Origin: an uncultured Thiobacillus sp.
Lineage (GTDB): Bacteria > Pseudomonadota > Gammaproteobacteria > Burkholderiales > Thiobacillaceae
Length of the DNA: 64,000 bases
Reading direction: 5' to 3'
Assembly: GCA_964393825.1 (NCBI GenBank)
Contig: CAYMUY010000022.1
Span: forward strand, 4,074 to 68,073
The notes under the pieces are model-generated. The model saw nothing but the letters and a program-made list of their open reading frames with translations. It ran no database searches and was not told the origin of the DNA. The position numbers and the translations under genes are program-made. This document shows positions 38,999 to 48,228 of the stretch, piece by piece; the first letter of the stretch is position 1; every line of letters starts with the position of its first letter.

Positions 38999-40915
38999 AT
39001 GAAACGGAAATGGTGGCAAAGCATCCTGGCCTTCCTGGCCTTGATGATGTTGGCAACCGCGCCAGTTAGCGCGGTGACGGATGGGGAGATCGCCTCACTG
39101 ATGGCGGGTGGCCAGAAATACCTGCTGGATAGTTTCGTTGTGAAACCAAGTGACTCAACCATGGGTTACTGGACGTCCTCGGGCGGTGGCAACCCATCCC
39201 AACCGGATACCGCCGCTGCGGTCGCCGCACTGATCGAAACCGGCAAATACAGTGACCCGGCCTACGCTGCCATCATCGACAAGGCGGTCAAATACCTGCT
39301 GAGCAATGTCCAGTCCAATGGTGGCATCTACGCGAGCAGCTATGAGGCCACCTATCAGACGGGCTTGAGCCTGGTCGCGTTGAGCCTGTATGGGCATCAG
39401 ACCACGCAGAACGCCGCGTTCGGCACGGTAATCCAGAATGCGCTGAATTACTTCAGCAACAACCAGAGCACGGATGGTGGCTGGACCTACACGCCCAGTT
39501 CCTCCTCCACTTCCAGCGACATGTCCAACACGCAGTTCGCGGTGATGGGCCTGTACTATGGCTCCAGCTACCTGAACATTCCGATCAACGCCGATACGGC
39601 GGGCACCTGGGCCAACAAGCTCTACAACGCCATCACCTTTGATGACGCGACCCATACGCCCTATCAGTATGCGGACGGCCACTGCGGCTACTCGCACGGC
39701 GTGAACTACGTCGGTGAATACACCAACGAGACCATGACCGGCGCCTGCCTCTGGAGTCTGGCCATGATCGGCAAGGGCGGCAGCGCGGCAGCCCAGAAAG
39801 CCATCGCCTGGTTCGCCAACAACTATCGCTGGACGCTGAACCAGCGCGACTACTACTTCGTCTATGCCATGTCGAAAGCCCTGGCCGGTACCGTGGGCGC
39901 CAACAACTCGATCGGCACGGCGCCGAATACCCACGACTGGCTTAGCGACCTCAAGCAGACCCTGTTCGACCAAAAGGTCGCGGGCGCGGCTGGCACGAAT
40001 CACTTCTACTGGACGGACCAGAACTGGTTGTCTTCGTATCCTCCGCTGACGGTGTCGTTCAACCTGATGGCCCTGGTGTTCGCCGACCCGAATACGGCAA
40101 GTCCCTCGAAGCTGTTGCCTGAAGAACCGGGCACCGACGTCCCTGCGCTCAACCAGGGCTTGGTCCGGCTCGAAACGACGGGCGGCGTCACCATCTCGGC
40201 ACCGGATCGCGGCAATATCGCGGCGGGTACGAAGGATACCGGCGTTGAACTCCCGGTCGGCTCGTTCGACTTCACCCTCAATGGCCTGACCACTGCGACC
40301 ACGGTATTGCGGATCACCCCGCCCGCGGGCTCGCTCGACAAGACCAACCCGGCTGGCTTCCTCAACGCCGACGGCACCATCAAGGCCGGCCTGACCTGGT
40401 TCAAACTGGTGGGCGGCGCCTGGAAAGGCCTGCCGAGCGTGCCGATCTCGCTGGGCCCGGTGGGTGGTCCCTACACCTACATCGAAGTGACCCTGACCGA
40501 CAACGGCCCGGAAGACACCAATCCGGCAGTCGGTGTGATCACTGACCCGGGTGCGCCTGGCGTCGGCTATACCGCTCCGACCGGCACGAGTACAGGTGCG
40601 GGTGGCGGCAGCTGCTTCATCGCCACCGCCGCCTACGGCAGCTACATGGCCCCGGATGTGATGGTGCTGCGTCAGTTCCGCGATCAATACCTGCTGACCA
40701 ACGGCTTCGGCCGGATGCTGGTAGAAACCTATTATGCGGTTTCGCCTCCCATCGCCCACTTCATCGCCCAGAATGAAGCCCTGCGCAGCGCCACCCGCGC
40801 GGCTTTGGCGCCGATCGTCTTCACGGTGAAGTATCCGTGGGCTTCGCTGGCCATCACCTTGCTGGCCGCTCTCGCCGGGCTGTTCCTGGTACGCCGCCGC
40901 AGCGCGATGCTCTGA
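38999..40915 (+). CDS. secreted prenyltransferase/squalene-cyclase-repeat (alpha-alpha toroid) protein with a [11 protein letters not shown]-terminal module and TM anchor
   Basis: Signal peptide [25 protein letters not shown]. QxxxGGW-type repeats ([21 protein letters not shown]). C-terminal module from nt 40613: [28 protein letters not shown]..., then a hydrophobic helix and RRRS tail. Confidence 0.7.
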   Translation: MKRKWWQSILAFLALMMLATAPVSAVTDGEIASLMAGGQKYLLDSFVVKPSDSTMGYWTSSGGGNPSQPDTAAAVAALIETGKYSDPAYAAIIDKAVKYLLSNVQSNGGIYASSYEATYQTGLSLVALSLYGHQTTQNAAFGTVIQNALNYFSNNQSTDGGWTYTPSSSSTSSDMSNTQFAVMGLYYGSSYLNIPINADTAGTWANKLYNAITFDDATHTPYQYADGHCGYSHGVNYVGEYTNETMTGACLWSLAMIGKGGSAAAQKAIAWFANNYRWTLNQRDYYFVYAMSKALAGTVGANNSIGTAPNTHDWLSDLKQTLFDQKVAGAAGTNHFYWTDQNWLSSYPPLTVSFNLMALVFADPNTASPSKLLPEEPGTDVPALNQGLVRLETTGGVTISAPDRGNIAAGTKDTGVELPVGSFDFTLNGLTTATTVLRITPPAGSLDKTNPAGFLNADGTIKAGLTWFKLVGGAWKGLPSVPISLGPVGGPYTYIEVTLTDNGPEDTNPAVGVITDPGAPGVGYTAPTGTSTGAGGGSCFIATAAYGSYMAPDVMVLRQFRDQYLLTNGFGRMLVETYYAVSPPIAHFIAQNEALRSATRAALAPIVFTVKYPWASLAITLLAALAGLFLVRRRSAML

Positions 40916-40943
40916 TCCGCTGCAGTACGAGCCTGGCTTGAAC

Positions 40944-40972
40944 AACGCCCCCGCAAGGGGGCGTTTTCTATT
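40944..40972 (+). terminator. rho-independent terminator
   Basis: aacgccccc-gcaa-gggggcgtt, a 9-bp stem followed by ttctatt, 29 nt after stop 40915. Confidence 0.75.
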
Positions 40973-41060
40973 GGCGCGTCGCGCCCTTGCGCGATGATGT
41001 CGACGGGAATGTTCTTTCTGTATTCTCCCGAAACCAGCGAGGCAGCAGGACGCCTCGAAA

Positions 41061-41116
41061 AACCCGTCTCACCACAGAATGCCGGTGTCCAGGTTGTCCA
41101 TGAATATGGATTCCGG
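41061..41116. repeat. 56-nt intergenic direct repeat, copy 1
   Basis: aacccgtctcaccacagaatgccggtgtccaggttgtccatgaatatggattccgg. 45 of 56 positions are identical to copy 2 by hand alignment. Confidence 0.7.
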
Positions 41117-41310
41117 CCGCGGATAGTGGCACCTCGGGGTGGCGTCCTTTCGCCGGAATGACAGCGCAGAAGTTCGTACAGGTACCCAGCAGTTTGTCGC
41201 TGTACAGGCGCGTTCGCTTGCAGCGAGATACGTTGCGGATCGCGCCGCAAGCGGACGCGCCTGCGCCAGACCCACCATCACCTCGCGATAGCCCACAGGA
41301 CACCACGCAT

Positions 41311-41366
41311 AACCCGTCACACCGACGAATTCCGGTGTCCAGGTTGTTGATTTCACTGGATTCCGG
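41311..41366. repeat. 56-nt intergenic direct repeat, copy 2 (exactly 250 nt from copy 1)
   Basis: aacccgtcacaccgacgaattccggtgtccaggttgttgatttcactggattccgg. Its 3' 18 nt form the left arm of the hairpin at 41349-41390. Confidence 0.7.
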
Positions 41367-41390
41367 AACAAGCCGGAATCCAGTGAAATC
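41349..41390. other. perfect 18-bp stem / 6-nt loop hairpin
   Basis: gatttcactggattccgg-aacaag-ccggaatccagtgaaatc, verified as exact reverse complements. Lies 22 nt downstream of the gspN stop, with no U-tract on either strand. Confidence 0.8.
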
Positions 41391-41411
41391 AGAGGTATTT
41401 CGAGGTCGCCC

Positions 41412-42197
41412 TCAGTGTGCTTCCAGATTGAGCACCCAGGCGCCGGTGGCGTCCGCCCTGCCGATCATGTTCAGCACCGGTGTGTAGAGATTGCGGCGAT
41501 CGTCCTGCGGGGGAACGAGGACCAGCCGCCCATTCATGCCCTTGCCGGGGTAATACTCGCCATCGCCATTGATCGCGACCGCGCCTTGCAGGGTCTGGAC
41601 GGTGATATGGGCGCGCCTGCCATCCGGGTCGGCACGCAGGAGCGCGCTGTAGTCGCCCAGGGGCGCGGCAACGAGGTCGCTGCGGGCGCCGCGCCAGTCG
41701 GCTTTCGCTTCACCATGGATGCGATTGCCCGACAGATGCAGGTTCGCGATATCCAGCACCAGCTTGCCCTGGGGTTGCAGCAGGCTCAGCGCGCGCGTGG
41801 CGAAGCCGAGAACGGGCGCGTCAAGCTCGCCCCGGACATCGCGCAGATGCACGCCGTCACCACCGTAACGCAACGATCCCTTCAGCATTCTGGAGGCCTG
41901 GCCAAGCTCGAGGGCGAAACCCAGACCGCCGTGTAGCAACTCACCTGGCTGCCATCTCCAGCGCAGCCGGCCCAGGTCCAGGGTATCCATGCCCGAATTC
42001 CAGGTCACCCGGCCGACCGAGCCATGCCAGAGATCGCCCTCGACCTGATGCAACTGGACCGGGCTGTCCGCCGGTAAACGGCCCGCCACCCAGACTGCGG
42101 GCATCTGGACCACCAGGAACAGGAGATAAAGCAGCACACCGCCGAGGATCAACTTGTAGCGCACGCGTGGCGTCCGGGTGCCTGGATTCGGGTTCAT
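41412..42197 (-). CDS. gspN: type II secretion protein N
   Basis: N-terminal TM segment plus the GspN-like DLWHGSVGRVTWNS region. Last gene of the gspG-N string. ATG 42197 overlaps the gspM stop. Confidence 0.7.
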   Translation of the reverse strand: MNPNPGTRTPRVRYKLILGGVLLYLLFLVVQMPAVWVAGRLPADSPVQLHQVEGDLWHGSVGRVTWNSGMDTLDLGRLRWRWQPGELLHGGLGFALELGQASRMLKGSLRYGGDGVHLRDVRGELDAPVLGFATRALSLLQPQGKLVLDIANLHLSGNRIHGEAKADWRGARSDLVAAPLGDYSALLRADPDGRRAHITVQTLQGAVAINGDGEYYPGKGMNGRLVLVPPQDDRRNLYTPVLNMIGRADATGAWVLNLEAH

Positions 42198-42694
42198 GGT
42201 GCGCTCCTCGACAACGTGGCCCGGGCGCGAACCAGACCGGCAACGGGCAATCCCTCGACCTTGCATTCGCTCAAGGCAACGCCTTGCACCCCGAGTTCGC
42301 CAACCCAGCGCAGCCAGGCCTCGAAGGCCACACCGTCCATGTTGACGACCAGGCGGTCGCTCCCCCGCGCACTCACCTCACCCAGTTTGTCCACCAGCTG
42401 GAATCGCGAGGCCGCCAGGCGCGCCGTGGCTTCGAGCGTCTGCGCGCTGCGGATCGGCGCCAGCCCGCGCAGGCGTTTGACATCCTCGCTGTCGGCACGC
42501 AATTGCGCGAGATCGACACGCAGTTGCGCGACGCGGTCACGCAGTCGCACGCGCTCGCCGGTGAGTGGCTGCCAAAGGTAGAAGTACAGCCCGATCGGCA
42601 ACAGCACCAGCAGACCGATCAGGATCAGGTTGCGCTCACGCGTGGCGAGGTTGGCCCAGGCATCGCCCAGCCGGGCAGGCATGCGGATCGTCAT
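42194..42694 (-). CDS. gspM: type II secretion protein M
   Basis: 166 aa, single TM segment, positioned between gspL and gspN with ATGA overlaps. Confidence 0.75.
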   Translation of the reverse strand: MTIRMPARLGDAWANLATRERNLILIGLLVLLPIGLYFYLWQPLTGERVRLRDRVAQLRVDLAQLRADSEDVKRLRGLAPIRSAQTLEATARLAASRFQLVDKLGEVSARGSDRLVVNMDGVAFEAWLRWVGELGVQGVALSECKVEGLPVAGLVRARATLSRSAP

Positions 42695-43890
42695 GGCCGG
42701 CTCCGTTCGATCACGATGTTGTGGCCGCTTCCTTCGCCGCCCGCGTCGGCCACCTGGTAGCCCTTGCTGGCGAGCACGGCGCGCAGACCGTCGAGGTCCG
42801 TGGCGGTGGGTTGCACCAGGGTGAGCCGGCCGTCCTCGTAGTTCAGGCCGGCCACCCCGCCCACCTGGCCGGAGGTCGCATTGAGAACATGGAGAAAGTC
42901 ACCGGGTTCGATAAAGCCACGCGCGCGCCGCAGCTCGGCCTGTTGCCTTTGCATCTGCAGGACCGGATCGACGATGGCCTGGGTTTGCGGAAAGGTGTCC
43001 TTGAACACCTGGTTCATCTCGGCTCGCAAGTGCTTGTTCTCCCAGGACAACCTCGCCCAGTCGACGACCGTGCCGAGGAGATGCACGCCCAGCGCGGCGG
43101 CGACCAGGCCGGCGGCAAGCCGATAACGGCTGAGGTTGGCGCCGCTGGAAAGCCGGGCGAGCCAGCCGCCGCGTTGCCGCGCGTAGTCGCCCTGGAGCAG
43201 ATTGATGGCGGGAGGATGCGGATCGGGCTGGAGCCGTTGCAGGAGAACGGGGCAATCGAGCACGCGGCTCCAGGCGTCGGCATCCACTTCCAGCCCGCTT
43301 TCCAGCGTGATCGCACTGGGCGCGGCCTCGTGCCGACGCGCTTCCACGAGTGCCAGTTGCAGCGCCAGTGGCGGCGAGTTGGCGTCACCGTCGTCCAGCG
43401 CGAAACCGGCGCAGGGGCCACTGCGGACAAAGCCCTCATGGCCATTCCAGCGCGCGCTCCATTGCCCCGGAACATCCTCGCCACGCCAGAGCAGGTTTTC
43501 CGGAATCGCGCCGACCGCCACGATGCCATGCTTCCGGCACAATGCCAGCACCCGATCCAGCCAGGCGATTTCCACCACGGCGACGGGATACACATCATCC
43601 ATCCCGACCTTGCCAAGGGCGACATGGGCGTTGGCCGGATCGAGCATCAGCCGGTCTTCCAGCGCATTGCCCAGGGCGCCGTGCAACTGGCGCAGGGCCT
43701 GCCGGGAAATCTTGATGTCGCTGAGCAGGACCCGGCCTGCGGGCAGTGCCAGCCAGACTTCGTCGGCGCCGGGAAGTTCAGCCGCCCCAGCGGCCTCGCC
43801 TTGATCGGGACTGCCGCCCGGCAGTCGCCAGATGATGCGATCCAGGCTCTCGGGCAGGGGGTCGGGGAGCGAGATGAAGAGTCTTTTCAC
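42691..43890 (-). CDS. gspL: type II secretion protein L
   Basis: 399 aa, cytoplasmic actin-like N-domain plus a TM segment, positioned after gspK. Confidence 0.75.
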   Translation of the reverse strand: MKRLFISLPDPLPESLDRIIWRLPGGSPDQGEAAGAAELPGADEVWLALPAGRVLLSDIKISRQALRQLHGALGNALEDRLMLDPANAHVALGKVGMDDVYPVAVVEIAWLDRVLALCRKHGIVAVGAIPENLLWRGEDVPGQWSARWNGHEGFVRSGPCAGFALDDGDANSPPLALQLALVEARRHEAAPSAITLESGLEVDADAWSRVLDCPVLLQRLQPDPHPPAINLLQGDYARQRGGWLARLSSGANLSRYRLAAGLVAAALGVHLLGTVVDWARLSWENKHLRAEMNQVFKDTFPQTQAIVDPVLQMQRQQAELRRARGFIEPGDFLHVLNATSGQVGGVAGLNYEDGRLTLVQPTATDLDGLRAVLASKGYQVADAGGEGSGHNIVIERSRP

Positions 43891-43951
43891 GTCAGGTCTC
43901 GTAGAGGCGGCGCTACAGGAAAGCCTGTCTCGGCAAAGGCGCGATCCGGGT

Positions 43952-44869
43952 TCAAAGTTGTTTCAGCCATAACAGCAGCGGCCAATTCTGCCCTTGCCGT
44001 TGATAAAGCGCCAAATAGCGCTGCTTTACCCGGCCAAATTCGGCGCTCAGGTCGACCAGGAAATAATCGCTGGCGACAGTCAGCAGGCGCTCCTGAAAGC
44101 CGAGTGCTTGCGCGGCGGTGAGCTTGCCATGGAAATCGGCCAGGGACTCGCTGCCATTGCCCCGCTTTTCCACCAGCTGACGGGCATCCTCCAGGGTCAG
44201 TCCGGGGATGACGGCGGCCAGCACCTCGGGTCCGGCGGTATTGACGTTGACCGGCGTGGGCAGAGGCAGAACACAGACATAGGGGGCAAGCCTGTCGATG
44301 GTCGCCTGATCGTAGCCGCGCACCAGAGCCAGCTCGGACAGGTCGACCAGGGCACGGTTGGCGGGGTAATACGGGCTCGGCCTGGCCAGGTAATAGGCAT
44401 CCTCGGCGCCGTCGGCGCCATACGGCAAGGCATCCGGGTCGATCCAGTCGACCAGGGCGTCAACCAGGGTGGCGGGCAAATCCAGCTGGGCGAGCAGGCG
44501 CTGATAGACGGCGATGTCCGCCCCGCTGACCTGGTTGTTGCGAACCAGATTATTGAGGTTGAACCGCGCCTGCTGGTCGCTGATGCCGCCATCGACGCGA
44601 CCGCGCTCGACCGGCAGGGCGACATGTTGCGCCCAGGGCTCGCCGAGATGGTCGACCGCATTCTTGCGCCGATCCTCATTGAGGATGGCGCCAGCCCAAT
44701 CGATGCCGGCACGTACCACCGCCTCGCCCTGCGAGGCATCGCGCAGGTTCTCCACCTGCCGGGTCCAGACCTGCTGGCGCCAGGCGACGAAACTCGCCAC
44801 CGTGGTGGCCATGGCGACGATGAGAATGACGGTGATCAGCGCGATGCCGCGGCTGCGGTCAGTAGGCAT
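43952..44869 (-). CDS. gspK: type II secretion minor pseudopilin K
   Basis: RGIALITVILIVAMATTVA N-terminus and GspK-like body. Confidence 0.8.
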   Translation of the reverse strand: MPTDRSRGIALITVILIVAMATTVASFVAWRQQVWTRQVENLRDASQGEAVVRAGIDWAGAILNEDRRKNAVDHLGEPWAQHVALPVERGRVDGGISDQQARFNLNNLVRNNQVSGADIAVYQRLLAQLDLPATLVDALVDWIDPDALPYGADGAEDAYYLARPSPYYPANRALVDLSELALVRGYDQATIDRLAPYVCVLPLPTPVNVNTAGPEVLAAVIPGLTLEDARQLVEKRGNGSESLADFHGKLTAAQALGFQERLLTVASDYFLVDLSAEFGRVKQRYLALYQRQGQNWPLLLWLKQL

Positions 44870-45458
44870 ACCAGCGGGTCAGCACTTCACCCGACTCCAG
44901 TTTCAGGGTCACTTTCACCGCGCTTGGCTGCCGCATGCTGGCGTTGGGAGGCCAGCGCGTATTCCAGAGGCCGGCCAGGTCACGGTAGGAAAACTCCAGC
45001 GCCGAGACATGATCGAGCAGCACGGCGATATCCGGCGTCGCGCGCGGGCCGCTGTCGACCATGGGCCAGCGCAACCACTCGATCTTGCCGTCGCGCAGCC
45101 GGTAGGCCACCCGCTCCGGCGGCAGGTTGCCGGCATCGGCCGGGCCCAGGCGGGTGAATTCCAGTTGCGCCGCATACTCGCCGGTGACGGTCGGCTCGCC
45201 CAGGAAGGCGGGCTGCGGCGTACCGCCGCGCAGGCGCGCGGGACGCTCCACGAAAGCGCTGAGGTCACGCCCCAGCCGGGTCCAGAACAAGGCCACCGCG
45301 CGCCACTGGCGATTTTCGTCATCCAGCCGCGCACGCGCCTTGAGTACCGCGTCGAGCCCGGCATAGGCCGCCATGCCCAGAAGCGCGAAGAGGGCCATCG
45401 CGACCAGGACTTCCAGCAGGGTGAAGCCAGCATGGCGTGATGCCCGGGAGTGCGTCAT
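44859..45458 (-). CDS. gspJ: type II secretion minor pseudopilin J
   Basis: Prepilin-type N-terminus AGFTLLEVLVAMALFALL. Confidence 0.8.
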   Translation of the reverse strand: MTHSRASRHAGFTLLEVLVAMALFALLGMAAYAGLDAVLKARARLDDENRQWRAVALFWTRLGRDLSAFVERPARLRGGTPQPAFLGEPTVTGEYAAQLEFTRLGPADAGNLPPERVAYRLRDGKIEWLRWPMVDSGPRATPDIAVLLDHVSALEFSYRDLAGLWNTRWPPNASMRQPSAVKVTLKLESGEVLTRWYAY

Positions 45459-45832
45459 CGATTCACCAGATAGCCGACCAGGATGGCCAGTGCGTGCTGG
45501 CCCCCGGCGACGGCGGCGACGCGGATTTCCACACGCTCGACATAAGGGTTGGGGGTGGTGCCGACCTCGCTGGTCCAGTGGAAGGTGATGCCGGCCTGGG
45601 TTTCCGTGCCGCTGGTCTCGCCGGTGGGCGGCAGCTGGCGGGTGGCGCGCAGTTCAGCCAGACGATTGTCCGCCACCCAGCTCGCCAGCAGACGCTGCTT
45701 GAGTTCAAAGGCATTGTCCATCGAGGCCATGACCGAGCGCTGCACGGCCGCCAGCGCGATCGCCAGGATGGCCAGCGCCACCAGCATTTCGATCAGGGTG
45801 AAACCCGGGACGGGCGCCGCGCGCAACCTCAT
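45455..45832 (-). CDS. gspI: type II secretion minor pseudopilin I
   Basis: Prepilin-type N-terminus PGFTLIEMLVALAILAIAL; 125 aa. Confidence 0.8.
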   Translation of the reverse strand: MRLRAAPVPGFTLIEMLVALAILAIALAAVQRSVMASMDNAFELKQRLLASWVADNRLAELRATRQLPPTGETSGTETQAGITFHWTSEVGTTPNPYVERVEIRVAAVAGGQHALAILVGYLVNR

Positions 45833-46401
45833 TCGCCGGCCCCCTGATCAAGATCGTCCTCGACCCGGAGATTGCCGATGGCATCGGAGACCACCACCAC
45901 CCGCAGATCATCGAGCGCCAGCACCACCGAAAACGGCGTATGGATGCCCGAGGGCGAGAACACGATCCGTTCCGGCGGAGTTGCCGAGAGTGACAACACG
46001 CGCTTGCGCGCCCGGACTTCGGCGATGCGGATGTCCTCCCGCATCTTGCGGGCGGCAAACAATTCGTCGCCGGGGCGAGGGCGCCAGGCGAGTTCGGGGC
46101 CCTCGTCGCGCTCCCAGAAGGCATAGCCGTCCTCGTTGAACGACACCGCCAGCGGTCTGGCGCTGGTCACGGCCTCGTCGGCGAGGGCGGTGAGCAGAGC
46201 GGCCAGGCGCTCACCCTCGGTGCGCAAGCGGCGGGCATCATCGGAAAACAGGTTGAGCTGGAGGGTGGCGACCACGATGCCGATCACCACCAGCACCACC
46301 AGGAGTTCGATCAGGGTGAAGCCGCGCGCGGCACGGCACGACGGCACGGCGCGAAGCGGCGCAGGCAACGGCCTCGACTCGATCGACACGACCCGGTTCA
46401 A
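45829..46401 (-). CDS. gspH: type II secretion minor pseudopilin H
   Basis: Prepilin-type N-terminus RGFTLIELLVVLVVIGIV. Confidence 0.8.
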   Translation of the reverse strand: MNRVVSIESRPLPAPLRAVPSCRAARGFTLIELLVVLVVIGIVVATLQLNLFSDDARRLRTEGERLAALLTALADEAVTSARPLAVSFNEDGYAFWERDEGPELAWRPRPGDELFAARKMREDIRIAEVRARKRVLSLSATPPERIVFSPSGIHTPFSVVLALDDLRVVVVSDAIGNLRVEDDLDQGAGE

Positions 46402-46407
46402 GGTGCG

Positions 46408-46842
46408 CTACAGGCTCCAGGAACCGATATCGGCACCATCGCCCTCACCACCCGATTCCCGATCCGAGCCAAAGGAAAACACATCGATTTCGCCATGGAC
46501 ACCCGGACTGAGATACTGGTAGGGCGAACCCCAGGGGTCTTTCGGCAGGCGATCGAGATAGCCGCCGCCCTTCCAGTTGGGCGGTACCGGTTCGGCGCTG
46601 GGGCGGGTGACCAGGGCGTTGAGGCCCTGTTCGGTGGTGGGGTAGCGGAAGTTGTCCAGGCGGTAGAGCTTCAACGCCTGCAACAAGGAGGAGATGTCCT
46701 GCTTCGCGGCGACCTGGCGGGCCTCGTCCGGACGGCTCATCACCTTGGGCACGACCAGGGCGGCGAGGACACCGAGGATGACGACGACAATCATGATTTC
46801 CAGCAACGTGAAGCCGCCGGACCGCAGAGGAGTGGAGCGCAT
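46408..46842 (-). CDS. gspG: type II secretion major pseudopilin
   Basis: GGFTLLEIMIVVVILGVLAALVVPKV plus a conserved GspG body (DPWGSPYQY). ATG 46842 verified. Confidence 0.9.
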   Translation of the reverse strand: MRSTPLRSGGFTLLEIMIVVVILGVLAALVVPKVMSRPDEARQVAAKQDISSLLQALKLYRLDNFRYPTTEQGLNALVTRPSAEPVPPNWKGGGYLDRLPKDPWGSPYQYLSPGVHGEIDVFSFGSDRESGGEGDGADIGSWSL

Positions 46843-46882
46843 GGTGCTGTATTCCCGAAGTGTTGGAGAAAGCACGTCGATT

Positions 46883-48049
46883 CTATCCCGCTACCATGGT
46901 TTTTTCGCGGCGGTCCAGCCAGAGGAAGGCGATGACCGCCATGACGGCGCACAGCGAAGCGATCGAGAAAGTTTCGCCAGCCCCGAGCAGATCCCAGGCG
47001 GCGCCGGAATAGAGGCTGCCGATCGTGCCGCCGACGCCGAAGGCGAGGCTGTTATAGAGGGCCTGGCCGCGCGCCTGGTTCCTGCCGGTGAAATGCCGGT
47101 GCACCAGGGCCAGGGCGGAGGCGTGGTAGGCGCCAAAGGTGAGCGCGTGCAGCAATTGCGCGAACAGCAGCACCGGCAGGTTGCCCGCCTGCCAGCCGAT
47201 CAGCAGGAAACGCACGGCGGCGGCGACCAGGGTGGCGAGCAGCACGGTTTCCGGACGGATCGTGCGGAACACCCTCGGCATCACCAGGAAGATACCGATC
47301 TCGCAGACCACCCCCAGCGCCCACAGCCAGCCGGCGAGCGATTTGCTGTAGCCGGTCTGCACCAGATGGAGGGTGAAGAAGGTGTAATACGGCCCGTGCG
47401 CGGCGGCCATCAGCAGCGCCGCGCTGAACAGGGCCAGCACCGCGGGACGTCGCAACACCTCGCGCATGGGGATGTGGACCTGCTCGTGGCGGGCGATCTC
47501 GGCTTCCGGGATGACCCGGGAAGTCAGCACGATGCCCACCAGCAAGCCCATCACCACCCAGGGCACCAGGCTGATCGAGGCGTGATCGAGCAGCGCGCCC
47601 AGTCCCACCACCACCAGGATGAAGCCGACCGAGCCCCACAGGCGGATGCGGCCATAGCGGTCGGTGCGATCGCCCAGGTGCGACAGGGTGGTGGCTTCCA
47701 CCAGGGGCAGCGAGGCACTCCAGAAGAAGCTGATCAGTGACATCACCGCGAACAGCCACCAGAAGGTCTTGGCGAAGAACACCCCGACAAAGGCGATCAG
47801 GCAGACCAGGGCGGCCAACTGGACGATGGCGACGCGGCGGCCGGTATGGTCGGCGATGTGTCCCCAGATGTTGGGCGCGAAGATGCGCATCACCTGCAAC
47901 AGCGACATCAGCACGCCGATCTGGAAAGCGTTGAACTCCAGGGAATGCAGATACAACCCCCAGAATGGCGCCATGGCGCCGACGAAGGCAAAGTAAAAGA
48001 AGTAGAAACCGGACAGGCGCCAGTAGGGGATGCCGCTCATGGAAGGCAT
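46883..48049 (-). CDS. MFS transporter (HcaT/LacY-like subfamily)
   Basis: 12-TM pattern with N-terminus IPYWRLSGFYFFYFAFVGAMAPFWGLYL. Confidence 0.75.
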   Translation of the reverse strand: MPSMSGIPYWRLSGFYFFYFAFVGAMAPFWGLYLHSLEFNAFQIGVLMSLLQVMRIFAPNIWGHIADHTGRRVAIVQLAALVCLIAFVGVFFAKTFWWLFAVMSLISFFWSASLPLVEATTLSHLGDRTDRYGRIRLWGSVGFILVVVGLGALLDHASISLVPWVVMGLLVGIVLTSRVIPEAEIARHEQVHIPMREVLRRPAVLALFSAALLMAAAHGPYYTFFTLHLVQTGYSKSLAGWLWALGVVCEIGIFLVMPRVFRTIRPETVLLATLVAAAVRFLLIGWQAGNLPVLLFAQLLHALTFGAYHASALALVHRHFTGRNQARGQALYNSLAFGVGGTIGSLYSGAAWDLLGAGETFSIASLCAVMAVIAFLWLDRREKTMVAG

Positions 48050-48067
48050 GTCGGCGGTACGGCGACG

Positions 48068-48155
48068 GTAGCGCCGGCTTGACGGCGCGAAGGGCCGGTA
48101 TCCTTCAGGGCCAGCCGGCCACCTGCAAACCCGCGGGCAGGAAGGCTGGCGCTAC
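48068..48155. repeat. REP-like element (copy 2): inverted pair of the GTAGCGCCGGC core
   Basis: gtagcgccggc at 48068-48078 and gctggcgctac at 48145-48155, which is the reverse complement with one mismatch. Located in the MFS-aroC spacer. Confidence 0.6.
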
Positions 48156-48228
48156 ACGGATGCAAGATCGACGTCTTCGTAGACCGCATCAACCGGTTCA
48201 GCGGTTTTTTCCAGCACAGCGCCCATGC

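Noticed and set aside
39155-40945. 596-aa - strand ORF opposite the toroid-protein gene
   Set aside because: The + strand product has a signal peptide, repeat motifs and a recognisable C-terminal module. The - strand product is an Arg/Gly-rich shadow.
41069-41371. 100-aa - strand ORF covering the intergenic repeats
   Set aside because: The two repeat copies are read in different frames (NLDTG versus TWTPE). There is no start context, and the composition is not protein-like.
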